The translations under genes were made by a program, and so were the position numbers. From the IMG/VR virus record IMGVR_UViG_3300008259_000011, positions 32,001 through 96,000 of that record: 64,000 bases of DNA. The stretch is one strand, 5' to 3'. This DNA is from a virus. Under the pieces are notes generated by a model. The model made no database searches. It had not been told where the DNA came from and worked only from the letters and a program-made list of their open reading frames with translations. Below, in pieces: positions 41,722 to 51,722 of this stretch (the first letter of the stretch is position 1; each line of letters opens with the position of its first letter).

Positions 41722-41980
41722 TGGAGTTAGTCCTTTGATTGAGTTTTTCTAGTATCAAATATAAATCAGAAAAGACTCCGCCTACATCGTCGTCCTTTTC
41801 AAAAATCTGTTTATCATCAACCAACTTTATTTGACGATACACCTCATTTATATCATCCTTGAATTCTACTATCCAACTCTCATATATGTCAATTTTATTT
41901 TGACAATTATATGTCACATAACCAAGTATCACAGTTGTTGCAACAAATAGTCCCAACAACAAACTTAAAATAATAATCAT
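41696..41980 (-). CDS. Small membrane-anchored protein
   Basis: Start revised to MIIILSLLLGLFVATTVILG; one TM helix. Confidence 0.65.
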   Translation of the reverse strand: MIIILSLLLGLFVATTVILGYVTYNCQNKIDIYESWIVEFKDDINEVYRQIKLVDDKQIFEKDDDVGGVFSDLYLILEKLNQRTNSNVQDKETN

Positions 41981-41985
41981 AACTT

Positions 41986-42129
41986 TTATTCTTCTTCCTC
42001 GTTCTCGTCTTCTTCTTCCGTACAATAGTTTGTTAAATAGATCAACGCTTCATCAACTAAATCCCAATCTTTTGTAGTTTTGGCTTCTTTTAGAATTTGA
42101 ACGATTTCGCAGGTTTCTTCTTGACTCAT
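41986..42129 (-). CDS. Small acidic protein (47 aa, missing from ORF track)
   Basis: MSQEETCEIVQILKEAKTTKDWDLVDEALIYLTNYCTEEEDENEEEE*; fills the gap in the operon. Confidence 0.6.
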   Translation of the reverse strand: MSQEETCEIVQILKEAKTTKDWDLVDEALIYLTNYCTEEEDENEEEE

Positions 42130-42219
42130 ATACTGTTAACAAAATTATTTTTAAGTCTGTACGTTTATACAGACAAAATTAAATAGTATTAATGAATGTA
42201 AACGTCAAAAAAAATTGAT

Positions 42220-43278
42220 TTATCTCTGTACGAAATATCTCTTAAAGAAGTCATCGCCCTGATTATCCATCTTTTTGAGTTCTTCTTTAGTTATATTTTG
42301 CAATTCAGTTTCGTCGATTTTACCGTCGTTATTTGTATCGTATTTTTCAACGATTTGAGTTGCCTCTTGTGTGTTTACTGGTTCGATTGGTGTAATAGAC
42401 TGTTCAACAACAGGTGTGGTTACAATCTTTTTGGGTGGCTCTTCAATTGGTTTTGGTGTCTGTTTCTTATCGTCCGGAATATAAATAGCGTATTCTTTAC
42501 TAACTGCCATGTTGTATGCCAATATCAACGCAACCGCTAGTGGATCGAATACAAAAATCAATACTAGAATAAACCATTTGACGACTGTATTTAAGTTCAT
42601 ATTCAGCTCGTCCGCAACAAATTTGAAAGTCTGAATGTCTTTATTAGATGCAGTGTTCAACTTAAGATCTGCAATCTTTTTGTCAATAGTATCTATCGTG
42701 GCAGAATACCCGGATGACTTATCATTCTCCGTTTTAATGTTTTTGTCCGTTTGATCAATCAATTCCATAGTCTGATCTTGTACCTGACGAAACTGGATTG
42801 GATTACGTGCCAATAACGCATTTGTATTGATCTCACTTAATCTGGACTCCTGTGTTTTTCTTAATGCTGATAATGAATCAATACGTAATTTAACTTCATT
42901 GATTTTTGATTGTTCTTGTTTCTTTTGATCTTCCAACAATTTGATACTGTCCATCATCATAGTGTATTTGATAGAAGACTGTTGATATGCACTGGTAAGA
43001 TATCCAAATATACCCAACGACGTAATCAACATAAGAATGAATACCGCACCACATAAATAAGATTTTAACATCCATTGGGACTTTTTCCAAAATCTATATA
43101 AGAATGATGTTGCAACCAATTTACCCAATTCAAGCGAAGAAGCCATCACCATAGCGGCAATAGACGCACCGGAAAACAATAATCCGATACCCCAAATGGA
43201 GAAAAAAGCGGCACATCCAGCAATGAATAATGCTGAAAAGCCAAGTAACAGATTAAAGTTCAGTATGTTTCTGTTCAT
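42220..43278 (-). CDS. Multi-pass membrane protein with coiled coil and EF-hand-like motif
   Basis: Three N-terminal TMs, coiled coil, TM VFDPLAV, YDTNNDGKIDETEL. Confidence 0.75.
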   Translation of the reverse strand: MNRNILNFNLLLGFSALFIAGCAAFFSIWGIGLLFSGASIAAMVMASSLELGKLVATSFLYRFWKKSQWMLKSYLCGAVFILMLITSLGIFGYLTSAYQQSSIKYTMMMDSIKLLEDQKKQEQSKINEVKLRIDSLSALRKTQESRLSEINTNALLARNPIQFRQVQDQTMELIDQTDKNIKTENDKSSGYSATIDTIDKKIADLKLNTASNKDIQTFKFVADELNMNLNTVVKWFILVLIFVFDPLAVALILAYNMAVSKEYAIYIPDDKKQTPKPIEEPPKKIVTTPVVEQSITPIEPVNTQEATQIVEKYDTNNDGKIDETELQNITKEELKKMDNQGDDFFKRYFVQR

Positions 43279-43301
43279 AGTATATAAATATCAAACAAAG
43301 T

Positions 43302-43330
43302 AAAAAACCCCCACCTATTAGGGTGGGGGT
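43302..43330 (-). terminator. Intrinsic terminator after hsp20
   Basis: ACCCCCACC-CTAATA-GGTGGGGGT then T-run on minus strand. Confidence 0.8.
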
Positions 43331-43350
43331 CACATAACTTATTTGTTTAT

Positions 43351-43839
43351 TCACTTCACAGTGATCTTTTTGACATCTGGCTTAACCGGCTTAACCTTAG
43401 GTAACGTAATGGTTAACATACCATTTTGAAACTCGGCTTCAACCTTGTCTTTAGAAATATTATCACCCAAAGTAAAACTTCGACGAAAACTTGAACGTTT
43501 CAACTCACGACGTATGTACGTTCCAGTTTCACCAGAAACCTTATCTGGTACGGTTAACTTGTTTCCTACAACAGTCAAGACGTTAGCTTCAAGTTCGACA
43601 TTTACATCCGATTTATCCAGACCGGGAATTTCAGCTTCAATTACCACACGATCTGAAAAATCAATAACATTTACCTTTGGATACGATCCCTTTTCAAAAA
43701 AGTCCACACCAAAATCTTGCGTGAAGTTAGGGACGTTAGCAGCGAAGAATTCATCGAAGATTCTATCAAATGGAGTTAAAAACTCATCACGATGAACTGC
43801 ACGAAGTGCATTTTTATTGATCTTACTTAGATTACTCAT
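43351..43839 (-). CDS. Small heat shock protein Hsp20
   Basis: AEIPG..K.DV, FRRSFTL, AEFQNGMLTITLPK; SD AAAGGA. Confidence 0.95.
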   Translation of the reverse strand: MSNLSKINKNALRAVHRDEFLTPFDRIFDEFFAANVPNFTQDFGVDFFEKGSYPKVNVIDFSDRVVIEAEIPGLDKSDVNVELEANVLTVVGNKLTVPDKVSGETGTYIRRELKRSSFRRSFTLGDNISKDKVEAEFQNGMLTITLPKVKPVKPDVKKITVK

Positions 43840-43945
43840 ATTATATTTCCTTTCGTTAATAGTCCTTTTGGACCTATTATCTCTTAATCTTTTGGACTTA
43901 AGAGGGTAAAACGCTTTGTCTTACCAAACAATATATAGTGAAAAC

Positions 43946-44656
43946 CTAGATAAAATATTCAGTTTTGTTGGAAAAATCAAACTCTGGAATCCATATATTC
44001 ATAGGACCATGTACCCCAAACGTATTTCTTTGTAGGTTCATATCCACTGTACATTCTCTTGAGAATTTACACGCAACTTCGTATGGTGCAAATACACACC
44101 CATGTTTTTCATACAATAACGCATTGTGAACACATATAACAAGATCCTCAGCACAGTAACCATTGTTGTGATGTTTATAGTAATCACCATGCGTTGTGGC
44201 AACAAAAGGAACATATTCTTTTGTAGGAACTTCCAAAAGTCTCTTTGATCTAAAAGAAAATCCTCCATTTCCAACACGTCGTGTGACTCCACTCGGATCT
44301 AAAAAATGACCTTCAATTAAAGGCCATGGTGCACCAATATAATCATAATTGTAAAAATTATCATCCCAAGCATCGGCATTAACAATAAATCCATCTGTCT
44401 GAACTATTAAACAATATTTGGTATCAATGTATCGATGCAAGTCATAAATCATAAAATGACTATATGCCTCCGTGGATGTTAAATGTGGACAGTGTTCTAC
44501 TTTAATCCCGTCTTCATCAGAAACAGTATATTCATGTGTAATGAATTTTGCATCTGCAAATTCCATTTGATTCATACAATATCGCATAGACATCAACGAT
44601 TGTTGAAGTCGTACTGAAGACACACACACCAAAGTTACATCGTTCAACTTTTTCAT
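43946..44656 (-). CDS. DUF5672-like glycosyltransferase-family protein
   Basis: LIVQTDG, YDYIGAPW, VGNGGFSFRS, EDLVIC, FGVHG. Confidence 0.8.
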   Translation of the reverse strand: MKKLNDVTLVCVSSVRLQQSLMSMRYCMNQMEFADAKFITHEYTVSDEDGIKVEHCPHLTSTEAYSHFMIYDLHRYIDTKYCLIVQTDGFIVNADAWDDNFYNYDYIGAPWPLIEGHFLDPSGVTRRVGNGGFSFRSKRLLEVPTKEYVPFVATTHGDYYKHHNNGYCAEDLVICVHNALLYEKHGCVFAPYEVACKFSRECTVDMNLQRNTFGVHGPMNIWIPEFDFSNKTEYFI

Positions 44657-45933
44657 AAATTATTTTGCATTTGATGTATAGTTCTATCAAATTCATCCAA
44701 AATATACAATTTACAATAATATGACTCTTGCGTTATTACACTAAAATTAACAGAGACACTTGGAGAAGATGGTTGTTTCAATAACGTCTCAATTAAATTT
44801 TTTTCTAAAATTTGAGACACCATTAGTTTATGTTTTGAATTATATATTTCAACTCTCAAAGAGTGTGTATTATCACGATATAATACAGATGTATCAATAA
44901 CAACGTTCTTGGTTATAGTTTTTAAATCGGAATAACTATTGGTTTTTCCACACACATAATTTTGATTATATGGTGTTGGTGCATTTTTTCCAGATAATGT
45001 ATGTACAGAAACAGTCCGATCTAGAAAATTAATACCGGAATACCTTTCGTAATCTCTAATCGATCTAACTGATCCCATTTGATATGTCTTAGGAATAGAT
45101 ACATTCACGTCATCTTCCATCTGAAATAACACTCTGTTTCTCTTATGCGATTGATTGTCACGTTCCCACCAAGATTTTTCTACAACCGAGTGTTTTGTTA
45201 AATCGTGATCATCCCAATGTTTTATTCTAGCAGACCGTGTATATTCGTGCCACAAAACAACCTTATGTGGATGATACAAATCATAACCATGAGTGAACGC
45301 ACGAACAGCAATGCTTATTTCTTCGCCATAAAAATAATACTCAGGATCATGTGGAACTTCATCACAAAAAGATCCATCAGTAAATGCAAAATGAGCAGAA
45401 TAGAATCTTGCAGGAATAGGCCGAGTTAGTTTATCATGATCTGTAATCGGATTTGGTACGAATATTACAGTGCCTTCATCTGTAAACGTATGAAAGTCCA
45501 TTTTCCAAGGAACTTGTTCAAAAGATTCTTTGAGTTCAAATGGATCAAATGCAGGCGCATATGTGGTGATAATAGGCTTCTTACTTCCCATATCAACACA
45601 CTGCGCATACATTTCTTTTAATAAGGTATCCCATCCCTGTACAAACCTGTGATGAGAGTCTAATTGTAATGTGTATCTTTCTCCGTTATAGTAACGTTGA
45701 ATCAAATTTCTTGCCCAACATGCCCCTTTACTTTTATAGTAAGGAACATCGATGATATTGATGTTTGGATAGTTCTGTAAAAAACTTAAATTTTCAACAT
45801 CATCATGTTGCCAACAAATACAGAGATTTAAATTTTCTGGATTATTGGCAGTTTCAAACATATCCACAATGGTTGGTACCAATTCTGGATCTCTATAAGA
45901 GGCTATTTGTACAAAAATTGATTCATCGTTCAT
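44653..45933 (-). CDS. GlcNAc-transferase (GT60/Skp1 Gnt1-like)
   Basis: IFVQIASYRDPE, GACWAR, LQLDSHHRF, YGEE..AVRAFTHGYD. Confidence 0.85.
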   Translation of the reverse strand: MNDESIFVQIASYRDPELVPTIVDMFETANNPENLNLCICWQHDDVENLSFLQNYPNINIIDVPYYKSKGACWARNLIQRYYNGERYTLQLDSHHRFVQGWDTLLKEMYAQCVDMGSKKPIITTYAPAFDPFELKESFEQVPWKMDFHTFTDEGTVIFVPNPITDHDKLTRPIPARFYSAHFAFTDGSFCDEVPHDPEYYFYGEEISIAVRAFTHGYDLYHPHKVVLWHEYTRSARIKHWDDHDLTKHSVVEKSWWERDNQSHKRNRVLFQMEDDVNVSIPKTYQMGSVRSIRDYERYSGINFLDRTVSVHTLSGKNAPTPYNQNYVCGKTNSYSDLKTITKNVVIDTSVLYRDNTHSLRVEIYNSKHKLMVSQILEKNLIETLLKQPSSPSVSVNFSVITQESYYCKLYILDEFDRTIHQMQNNL

Positions 45934-45936
45934 AAC

Positions 45937-46596
45937 TTAATTTTCGAGCTTCCACATATCATATTCACATCTACATGATATATAGTCAGCAACGTGAAGT
46001 AGACGCGGCAAATTTGTCTTCAGTTCATGTTCTGGATTATATGACTTCAAATATGAAGAGTTAGCTTCATGGTACAAACCATCAGACAACTTGATTGCCA
46101 ATGTCTCCTTCCAAGTACAAGGAATTTGATATTGTTGTAGAATGAACAACGCACGATCAACCACGTCCATATATTGTAGATTGGGGTTGAACTTAAAAAT
46201 CTCACCACGATTCTTTCGATGCCAATCGCTCTCTTGAATCTGATAATACTCGCCCTGTTCCTTGTCACCCAACTTTCCAAGATCATGATGGATGGCAGAA
46301 AACGCCAACTCTTCATCAGTGAAGTCGATAGTACCACCACGGGCTTCATACAACTTCTTGACACCAAAGGAAGTAGTCAAAACATTCATGATGTGGTCAA
46401 GGTAACCACCAACATAAGCGTTGTGGAAATGTTCCTTTGCGCTCGCAGGTGCCATGATGGCACGATAACCGTACTCATTCTCACTATACAGGTATTGCAA
46501 CTTTTGAAGTCGTTCACCGGAGAAGAATTTTTCGAGTTGTTTTAGAAATTTTTCGTAATTAGCAAAAAGCTCTTTTTCAGTATAAGATTTTGTCAT
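45937..46596 (-). CDS. HD-domain hydrolase (YhaM-like)
   Basis: APAS...H.AY.GGYLDH, HHDLGK, LHVAD; start revised to MTKSY. Confidence 0.85.
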   Translation of the reverse strand: MTKSYTEKELFANYEKFLKQLEKFFSGERLQKLQYLYSENEYGYRAIMAPASAKEHFHNAYVGGYLDHIMNVLTTSFGVKKLYEARGGTIDFTDEELAFSAIHHDLGKLGDKEQGEYYQIQESDWHRKNRGEIFKFNPNLQYMDVVDRALFILQQYQIPCTWKETLAIKLSDGLYHEANSSYLKSYNPEHELKTNLPRLLHVADYISCRCEYDMWKLEN

Positions 46597-46603
46597 GAAA
46601 TAC

Positions 46604-46632
46604 ATCCTATACTGAAAAAGAGAATAAGTCAA
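46604..46632 (-). promoter_or_regulatory. Sigma70-type promoter, likely leaderless HD-gene mRNA
   Basis: TTGACT-17-TAGGAT, then 7 nt to ATG. Confidence 0.65.
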
Positions 46633-46647
46633 TTTTTTATTTACGTG

Positions 46648-47436
46648 TTATAAAATTGCAACACTGCTCGTAAATTCAGCAGACCCGTATGGCGTAGTTA
46701 ATAAAACTGATGTAATTACATCGTTCACGTTGATTTTAGAAAATCCCCCAGACGTTGTAGTATAAACAAAAACGTTAACGGTCTTATTATCATCATATGT
46801 TAATGTAGTTTGGTCATTTACAAATTGTGTACCATCGACATATACCCAATTAGAACTTGAATCTGGATGATCACGTAAATTAGTAACCGTTGGTGTTACC
46901 GTTGCTGGTGCAAAAACATACTCAATACTACTTGTGAATTCGCCATCCGATGTTACAACTGTAAAAGTTCCATTTGTATTTACATCGGTTGGAATAGAAA
47001 ATCCAATTTGATTATTGTTATATACATAAACCGGATCACATTTTGATGTATTAAAATATATTTGTGTATCACCTGTAATAAAGTGAGTTCCAAACATGTA
47101 TATCCATTGACCAGATGGTCCAGATGTTGGAGCAAATGATGTAATTGTAGGGGTGACAGGGGATGGTGGAACTGGTGTATTAACCGTTAATGTGGCAATA
47201 TCACTTGTAGTAGTACCGTCAACATTAGTTACAGTTGCATTATAATTGCCAGCGTCATTCAATGTAGTCGTTTGAATAATATAAGTATTACCCGTGGCGC
47301 CTACGATTTCGACATTATCTTTGAACCACTGATAACTAAGTGGACCTTCATCTGAAACGTTAACATTAAATACAGCACCATCGCCCAGTAAAATTGTTTG
47401 ACTGGATGGTTGTTCGATAATTATAGGAGTTGGCAT
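46648..47436 (-). CDS. Immunoglobulin and IPT/TIG domain protein
   Basis: LSYQWFKD..DAGNY Ig I-set; PTITSFAPTSG..G IPT repeats. Confidence 0.8.
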   Translation of the reverse strand: MPTPIIIEQPSSQTILLGDGAVFNVNVSDEGPLSYQWFKDNVEIVGATGNTYIIQTTTLNDAGNYNATVTNVDGTTTSDIATLTVNTPVPPSPVTPTITSFAPTSGPSGQWIYMFGTHFITGDTQIYFNTSKCDPVYVYNNNQIGFSIPTDVNTNGTFTVVTSDGEFTSSIEYVFAPATVTPTVTNLRDHPDSSSNWVYVDGTQFVNDQTTLTYDDNKTVNVFVYTTTSGGFSKINVNDVITSVLLTTPYGSAEFTSSVAIL

Positions 47437-47457
47437 ATTTTAATATAAATACTAGTT

Positions 47458-48183
47458 TTATGTAGATCTTTTCAATTTTTTTATGATGAATCGAACTAAA
47501 GCACTTCTTACAATATCATCTTCATCAAACTTAAATGTATAAATTCCATTTTCACAACTTTCTTGGTCGTCAAATGAATTCATCATTTTTAAAAACCCAC
47601 TTTTTCCATTTATATCACTTTGATCCGGATCGCCCAATATAAATACTTTGCTAAATTCACCAACACGTGTAACAAGGGTCACCAGTTCTTTGTATGTCAT
47701 GTTTTGAGATTCGTCTGCGATAATACATCTAGCATTCCAATTTAATCCTCTCAAAAATCCAATGGGGATACTATCAATTCGTTGTTCTTTTTGAAGAGAA
47801 TCAATACTGGCTTTATTCGTCAACTCAGACAACTTTTCAAGAAGTGGTTGAATGTATGGCGCCATCTTTTCATCAGCTTCACCTGGCAAAAAGCCAAGTT
47901 TACTATCAGAACTTTCAACGGCACTTCTCAAATATAAAAGATCACTAACTCGTTTTTGATTGAGTAATAGTAACGAAGATAATATCGCCATATATGTTTT
48001 TGAAGTGCCGGCCGGACCACTTACAAACATCAATTTGGTGTTTTTGTCTAATGCGATATCTAAAAATTGTTTCTGTTTGGTTGTTAACTCTCGTTGATAT
48101 ATTTCAATCTCATTCTTAATTTTATGTTTTTGAGGGACTATTGGACTCTTATCTTCACCGGGTTGTTTTTTATTCTTTTTCAT
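47458..48183 (-). CDS. phoH: PhoH family ATPase
   Basis: GPAGTSKT, LGFLPG, FLRG, DESQN, GDPDQSD, DIVRS. Confidence 0.93.
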   Translation of the reverse strand: MKKNKKQPGEDKSPIVPQKHKIKNEIEIYQRELTTKQKQFLDIALDKNTKLMFVSGPAGTSKTYMAILSSLLLLNQKRVSDLLYLRSAVESSDSKLGFLPGEADEKMAPYIQPLLEKLSELTNKASIDSLQKEQRIDSIPIGFLRGLNWNARCIIADESQNMTYKELVTLVTRVGEFSKVFILGDPDQSDINGKSGFLKMMNSFDDQESCENGIYTFKFDEDDIVRSALVRFIIKKLKRST

Positions 48184-48505
48184 TCAGTTTTTTAGGTTTA
48201 ACTGCATTATCCAATAACATTTCGACATGTTTTACTCGTCCACACAATTCATATTTTTCTTCTTGAAGATAAAAATTGTAAACATTTTGAATATTATCTC
48301 GAAATGCTTCTCGGGAAATAGTAATTACAAAATCGGAATTTTTAAAATTAAATACTTCTACCATCGGTAGATTTTTTTGAATCGCAAACTCAATAGATGA
48401 TATAACACGTTCAGTTAAGTCCGTTTTATTAGACTGAACATACAACTCCAATTCTTTGAAATCAGAGGGCAACACAAATGGTTTATATTTTGTTTTACCT
48501 GCCAT
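48170..48505 (-). CDS. Hypothetical protein
   Basis: 111 aa ORF overlapping phoH start; EKYELC motif. Confidence 0.7.
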   Translation of the reverse strand: MAGKTKYKPFVLPSDFKELELYVQSNKTDLTERVISSIEFAIQKNLPMVEVFNFKNSDFVITISREAFRDNIQNVYNFYLQEEKYELCGRVKHVEMLLDNAVKPKKLNEKE

Positions 48506-48546
48506 ATAACACTAATAAATATCCTTACGCGTCAGATAAAACCAAT

Positions 48547-48573
48547 AAAAAACGCCATCGTAAGATGGCGTTT
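48547..48573 (-). terminator. Intrinsic terminator
   Basis: AAACGCCATC-GTAA-GATGGCGTTT hairpin with A-run on + strand. Confidence 0.8.
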
Positions 48574-48600
48574 GTAAATCGTAGTAGTTTTACTTGTTGT

Positions 48601-48816
48601 TTAGTTCTTCTTAACCTTAGTCTTAGTTTTGACACTAAGATCAGGAGCGGTTTGTGCCGGAATCAGATTGCTCAACTCAACGATTCGGAACTTGGCAGTA
48701 GACTTCCAAGAATTCTTTGTTCTATCTGAAGCGTACTCAAAGGTCTTACTCTTTGCGATCAAATCATTGATCTCCGCAACAGATCCAGCGTTCTTAATTT
48801 GTTCACGTAGTCCCAT
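48601..48816 (-). CDS. Hypothetical protein
   Basis: 71 aa ORF ahead of terminator. Confidence 0.6.
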   Translation of the reverse strand: MGLREQIKNAGSVAEINDLIAKSKTFEYASDRTKNSWKSTAKFRIVELSNLIPAQTAPDLSVKTKTKVKKN

Positions 48817-48821
48817 AACTT

Positions 48822-49001
48822 TTACCAGATACGATGCTTCTTATCATCCTTTTCAACCACCTCGACAACTGAGCCATCAGGCCAGCGTTTGACGATTGAC
48901 TTCCAGTGCATCAGTTCCTCGGACGCATCTGCGGGGGTATCATACTCCGTATCAGACACTCGGAGACCACTACGTACAACTACATACTTCTTCTTTTCCA
49001 T
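48822..49001 (-). CDS. Small hypothetical protein (59 aa, missing from ORF track)
   Basis: MEKKKYVVVRSGLRVSDTEYDTPADASEELMHWKSIVKRWPDGSVVEVVEKDDKKHRIW*. Confidence 0.65.
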   Translation of the reverse strand: MEKKKYVVVRSGLRVSDTEYDTPADASEELMHWKSIVKRWPDGSVVEVVEKDDKKHRIW

Positions 49002-49050
49002 ATGTGTAACTTCTTTATTTGTTAATGTTTGTACTACGACTTACACCATC

Positions 49051-49078
49051 ATCATATCTCAGAATTTAAAAATGTCAA
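49051..49078 (-). promoter_or_regulatory. Sigma70-type promoter
   Basis: TTGACA-16-TATGAT. Confidence 0.65.
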
Positions 49079-49085
49079 CATCTTT

Positions 49086-49400
49086 TTACCAAACTCGATG
49101 ATTTTCTCTGATGACTTCGTATCCATCACGTTCCGATAGATGCCAATGTCTAACAACTCTTCCCATTTCATCTATTGTTTCAAGATCGTCAGGTACTGTT
49201 AACACTCTCAAATCCGCTCCTTCACCATTGACACGTTCCTGAAGGAATTCGACCGCATGAATTAATTCTGGCAATGTCCGGTCTTCATAACAATAATATG
49301 AATGTGGTTCATCAACATTTAGCAATTCACATGCTATGGTAGACAGTTTATATCCACAATTTATTCCTCTTGAACGATTTACGACAATCTTCATATACAT
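49086..49400 (-). CDS. Hypothetical phage protein
   Basis: 104 aa; R..P.LI..VE.L and W.L.E.DG.E.I.E.HR.W pattern common in phage proteins. Confidence 0.7.
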   Translation of the reverse strand: MYMKIVVNRSRGINCGYKLSTIACELLNVDEPHSYYCYEDRTLPELIHAVEFLQERVNGEGADLRVLTVPDDLETIDEMGRVVRHWHLSERDGYEVIRENHRVW

Positions 49401-49419
49401 AAATATATAATTATTTCAA

Positions 49420-49824
49420 TTATGTTTGAAATTTATAAGAACCACCATCAGGATGAATGACCACACTTTCATAATAAAAGGATTGCATAATATCATCCGT
49501 CGCATTATAGATAGTTACTCCGCCAATCGGCCAACTCATTTCATCTGGTGTATGTGTCTTATAAAGATAAAGTTTGTAATAATCTGGATATTTGGCAACT
49601 AAAACTCTCGTACCTTTCAACGTAAATCGGTCAACCTTACTATCATCTTTTACATCCAAAAATATCCAATGTTCTGTACTTGAAGTCTTTGTGACCGTCC
49701 GTTGTACCGATTTGAAATATTTACTATTTCCTACATCATATACAGGTTCATTTGCCTTTTGTTTTGGTTTTCTAGTAACCTTCTTAGGTTTATCTTTGTT
49801 TTTAGTTTTTACTGGTTTCTTCAT
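49420..49824 (-). CDS. Hypothetical protein
   Basis: 134 aa ORF, basic N-terminus. Confidence 0.6.
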   Translation of the reverse strand: MKKPVKTKNKDKPKKVTRKPKQKANEPVYDVGNSKYFKSVQRTVTKTSSTEHWIFLDVKDDSKVDRFTLKGTRVLVAKYPDYYKLYLYKTHTPDEMSWPIGGVTIYNATDDIMQSFYYESVVIHPDGGSYKFQT

Positions 49825-50000
49825 TTTTAGTGCTTAGTAAAAAATTGATAATTAGTAATAATTCGATCTTAACAATTGCGTTGAATACAATTTTAATAGT
49901 TCAATTTCGAATAACAGTTTGAATATAAGTACCTCCGTAAAACAAAAAAACCAAAAACTTTCGTTTGTGGTTTGAATTTTCTATTTTGATAAATTAATTA

Positions 50001-50201
50001 CTATTCTGTCTCTACATCAGCCGCCAATGGAAGTCCTCCAGCATCTTCCACAACCGCTTTGATTTCATTTTCCAACTCCTTGATGCGTTCCTTATATCCA
50101 GCTGCTACATCCTTAAAATCCTTCTTGGTATGTAGTAGTTTTTCAGTAAGTTCGTATACTTTCTTCTGTGCTTCTTGCTTTGATAATTTGATGTTACTCA
50201 T
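50001..50201 (-). CDS. Small coiled-coil protein
   Basis: MSNIKLSKQEAQKKVYEL... Confidence 0.6.
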   Translation of the reverse strand: MSNIKLSKQEAQKKVYELTEKLLHTKKDFKDVAAGYKERIKELENEIKAVVEDAGGLPLAADVETE

Positions 50202-50226
50202 AACAAACATACATATGTATTGTGGT

Positions 50227-50448
50227 ATGGAAGAGGTAAATTTTCACGATATAAATATTCACAACCATCGTATCACAATCTGGGCAGATCGATTCGTTGT
50301 ACTACGTCACCCAGAAAAATGTGATCTATACGAAGATGAAACTTGTCGTGAGAAAATGATCAAGTACCTAACCGACGAAGGTTACATTGATCCCGAAAAA
50401 CATAACTGTATCGTAATTGATAGTTACATCGACTTTGAACCGGAATAA
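50227..50448 (+). CDS. Hypothetical protein
   Basis: C-terminal part of track ORF 50059..50448; divergent start MEEVNF; KYL.DEGYI motif. Confidence 0.55.
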   Translation: MEEVNFHDINIHNHRITIWADRFVVLRHPEKCDLYEDETCREKMIKYLTDEGYIDPEKHNCIVIDSYIDFEPE

Positions 50449-50451
50449 AAA

Positions 50452-50851
50452 TGGTGGACGTGGGCGGAGTCGAACCGCCGTCTTCAAAAATCGTTATACA
50501 TCAGACTACACGCTTAGATACTTTTCGTTACGTCAACACACATCTAAAATATCAAACTGTGTATGATCGGTGTTTGGAAAGATTTAAATGACAATCCCAA
50601 ACGTATTGTCATCGTGCCTGATAGTTTACACTCATCACAATTATCAGACATCATTGCAATGAATGTGCAGCAACTTAGGCTGCGAGTGCCAAACCACTCT
50701 TCTTAGAGGTCTTCTTAGAAGTGAAGTTGTAGCTGATTACCTTGCTCTTCTTATTAGCAGTTAATTTTTTGATAGATGATTTAAGAGGCCAACTATCGTC
50801 CTCTACGTGCCTAACGTACACTAACTCCTGAATCGAAACCAGTACACGCCC
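50452..50851 (-). ncRNA. ssrA: tmRNA
   Basis: 5' GGGCGTG pairs with 3' CACGTCC-ACCA with G3:U70; T-arm GGTTCGACTCC; tag ORF 50758-50675 ANKKSKVISYNFTSKKTSKKSGLALAA* after TAACT resume context. Confidence 0.95.
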
Positions 50852-50874
50852 ATGAAAAAGAACACAAATAAATA

Positions 50875-51504
50875 TCAGATAAATTCTCTCTGATATCCAA
50901 ATTCATTAAATACATCTTTGTATAGATCCCACACAAAATCAAGTTCTTTTTGAGTATAATAACTTTTATAATCTGTCATTTGTGAATTCTTCGGATCCCG
51001 TCGCAATTCAAACGTTTGAGAATTGCCTTCAAACTGATAATTATTAGTAGTCAATCCATTTACCAAAGTGTTTGTGTGCGGATCTGTAAAATCTAAAAAT
51101 GGCAATTTGTGCAAATCTTCAATCATATGTTCAACACGTATGTAAAAATCAGGTTTACTACTGTGTCTAATGATAAAATGTTCTTCAGACCTATCGTTAC
51201 ACTCTTCATTAAGATATTCTGAAAATGGTTTTTTTGCAACATAATTTCCAGTTTCTGGATCCTCTCCAAAATGACGTAAATGCCATGTTGATACTATTTT
51301 TGCATAAGGATTTCTTATATTGCATACTAACGTATAATTATCACACCCCGGTGGGATATCTGTTTCGTGTGTATATGACTCAGTAACCGGTATATTTAAT
51401 CTATAATTATAGAATTTATAGTATGCAAGAATTTCAGATACAGATCGACTAGCAGTTCGGGTTGGTAACCACCATACTACTTTTAAGTCGTGATTGACAT
51501 TCAT
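50875..51504 (-). CDS. Sulfotransferase family 2 protein
   Basis: PTRTASRSV 5'-PSB-like, IRNPYAKIVS 3'-PB-like, C-terminal D...FGY. Confidence 0.75.
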   Translation of the reverse strand: MNVNHDLKVVWWLPTRTASRSVSEILAYYKFYNYRLNIPVTESYTHETDIPPGCDNYTLVCNIRNPYAKIVSTWHLRHFGEDPETGNYVAKKPFSEYLNEECNDRSEEHFIIRHSSKPDFYIRVEHMIEDLHKLPFLDFTDPHTNTLVNGLTTNNYQFEGNSQTFELRRDPKNSQMTDYKSYYTQKELDFVWDLYKDVFNEFGYQREFI

Positions 51505-51512
51505 TATAATTT

Positions 51513-51586
51513 TGGAGCGGGTAGCCGGAATCGAACCGGCACATCGACCTTGGCAAGGTTGCAGGCTACCACTACATCATACCCGC
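51513..51586 (-). tRNA. tRNA-Gly(GCC)
   Basis: Cloverleaf, loop TTGCCAA, CCA encoded. Confidence 0.93.
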
Positions 51587-51598
51587 GCTCTTTAAATT

Positions 51599-51673
51599 TG
51601 GTGGACCGTAAGGGAATCGAACCCTTCCCTAAAGCTTGCAAAGCTCCTGTGCTACCACTATCACTAACAGCCC
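51599..51673 (-). tRNA. tRNA-Ala(TGC)
   Basis: Loop TTTGCAA, G3:U70, CCA. Confidence 0.93.
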
Positions 51674-51722
51674 ATTAATGTCACATAAATAGTATTGATA
51701 AGTCTAAACCACAAAATTATAA

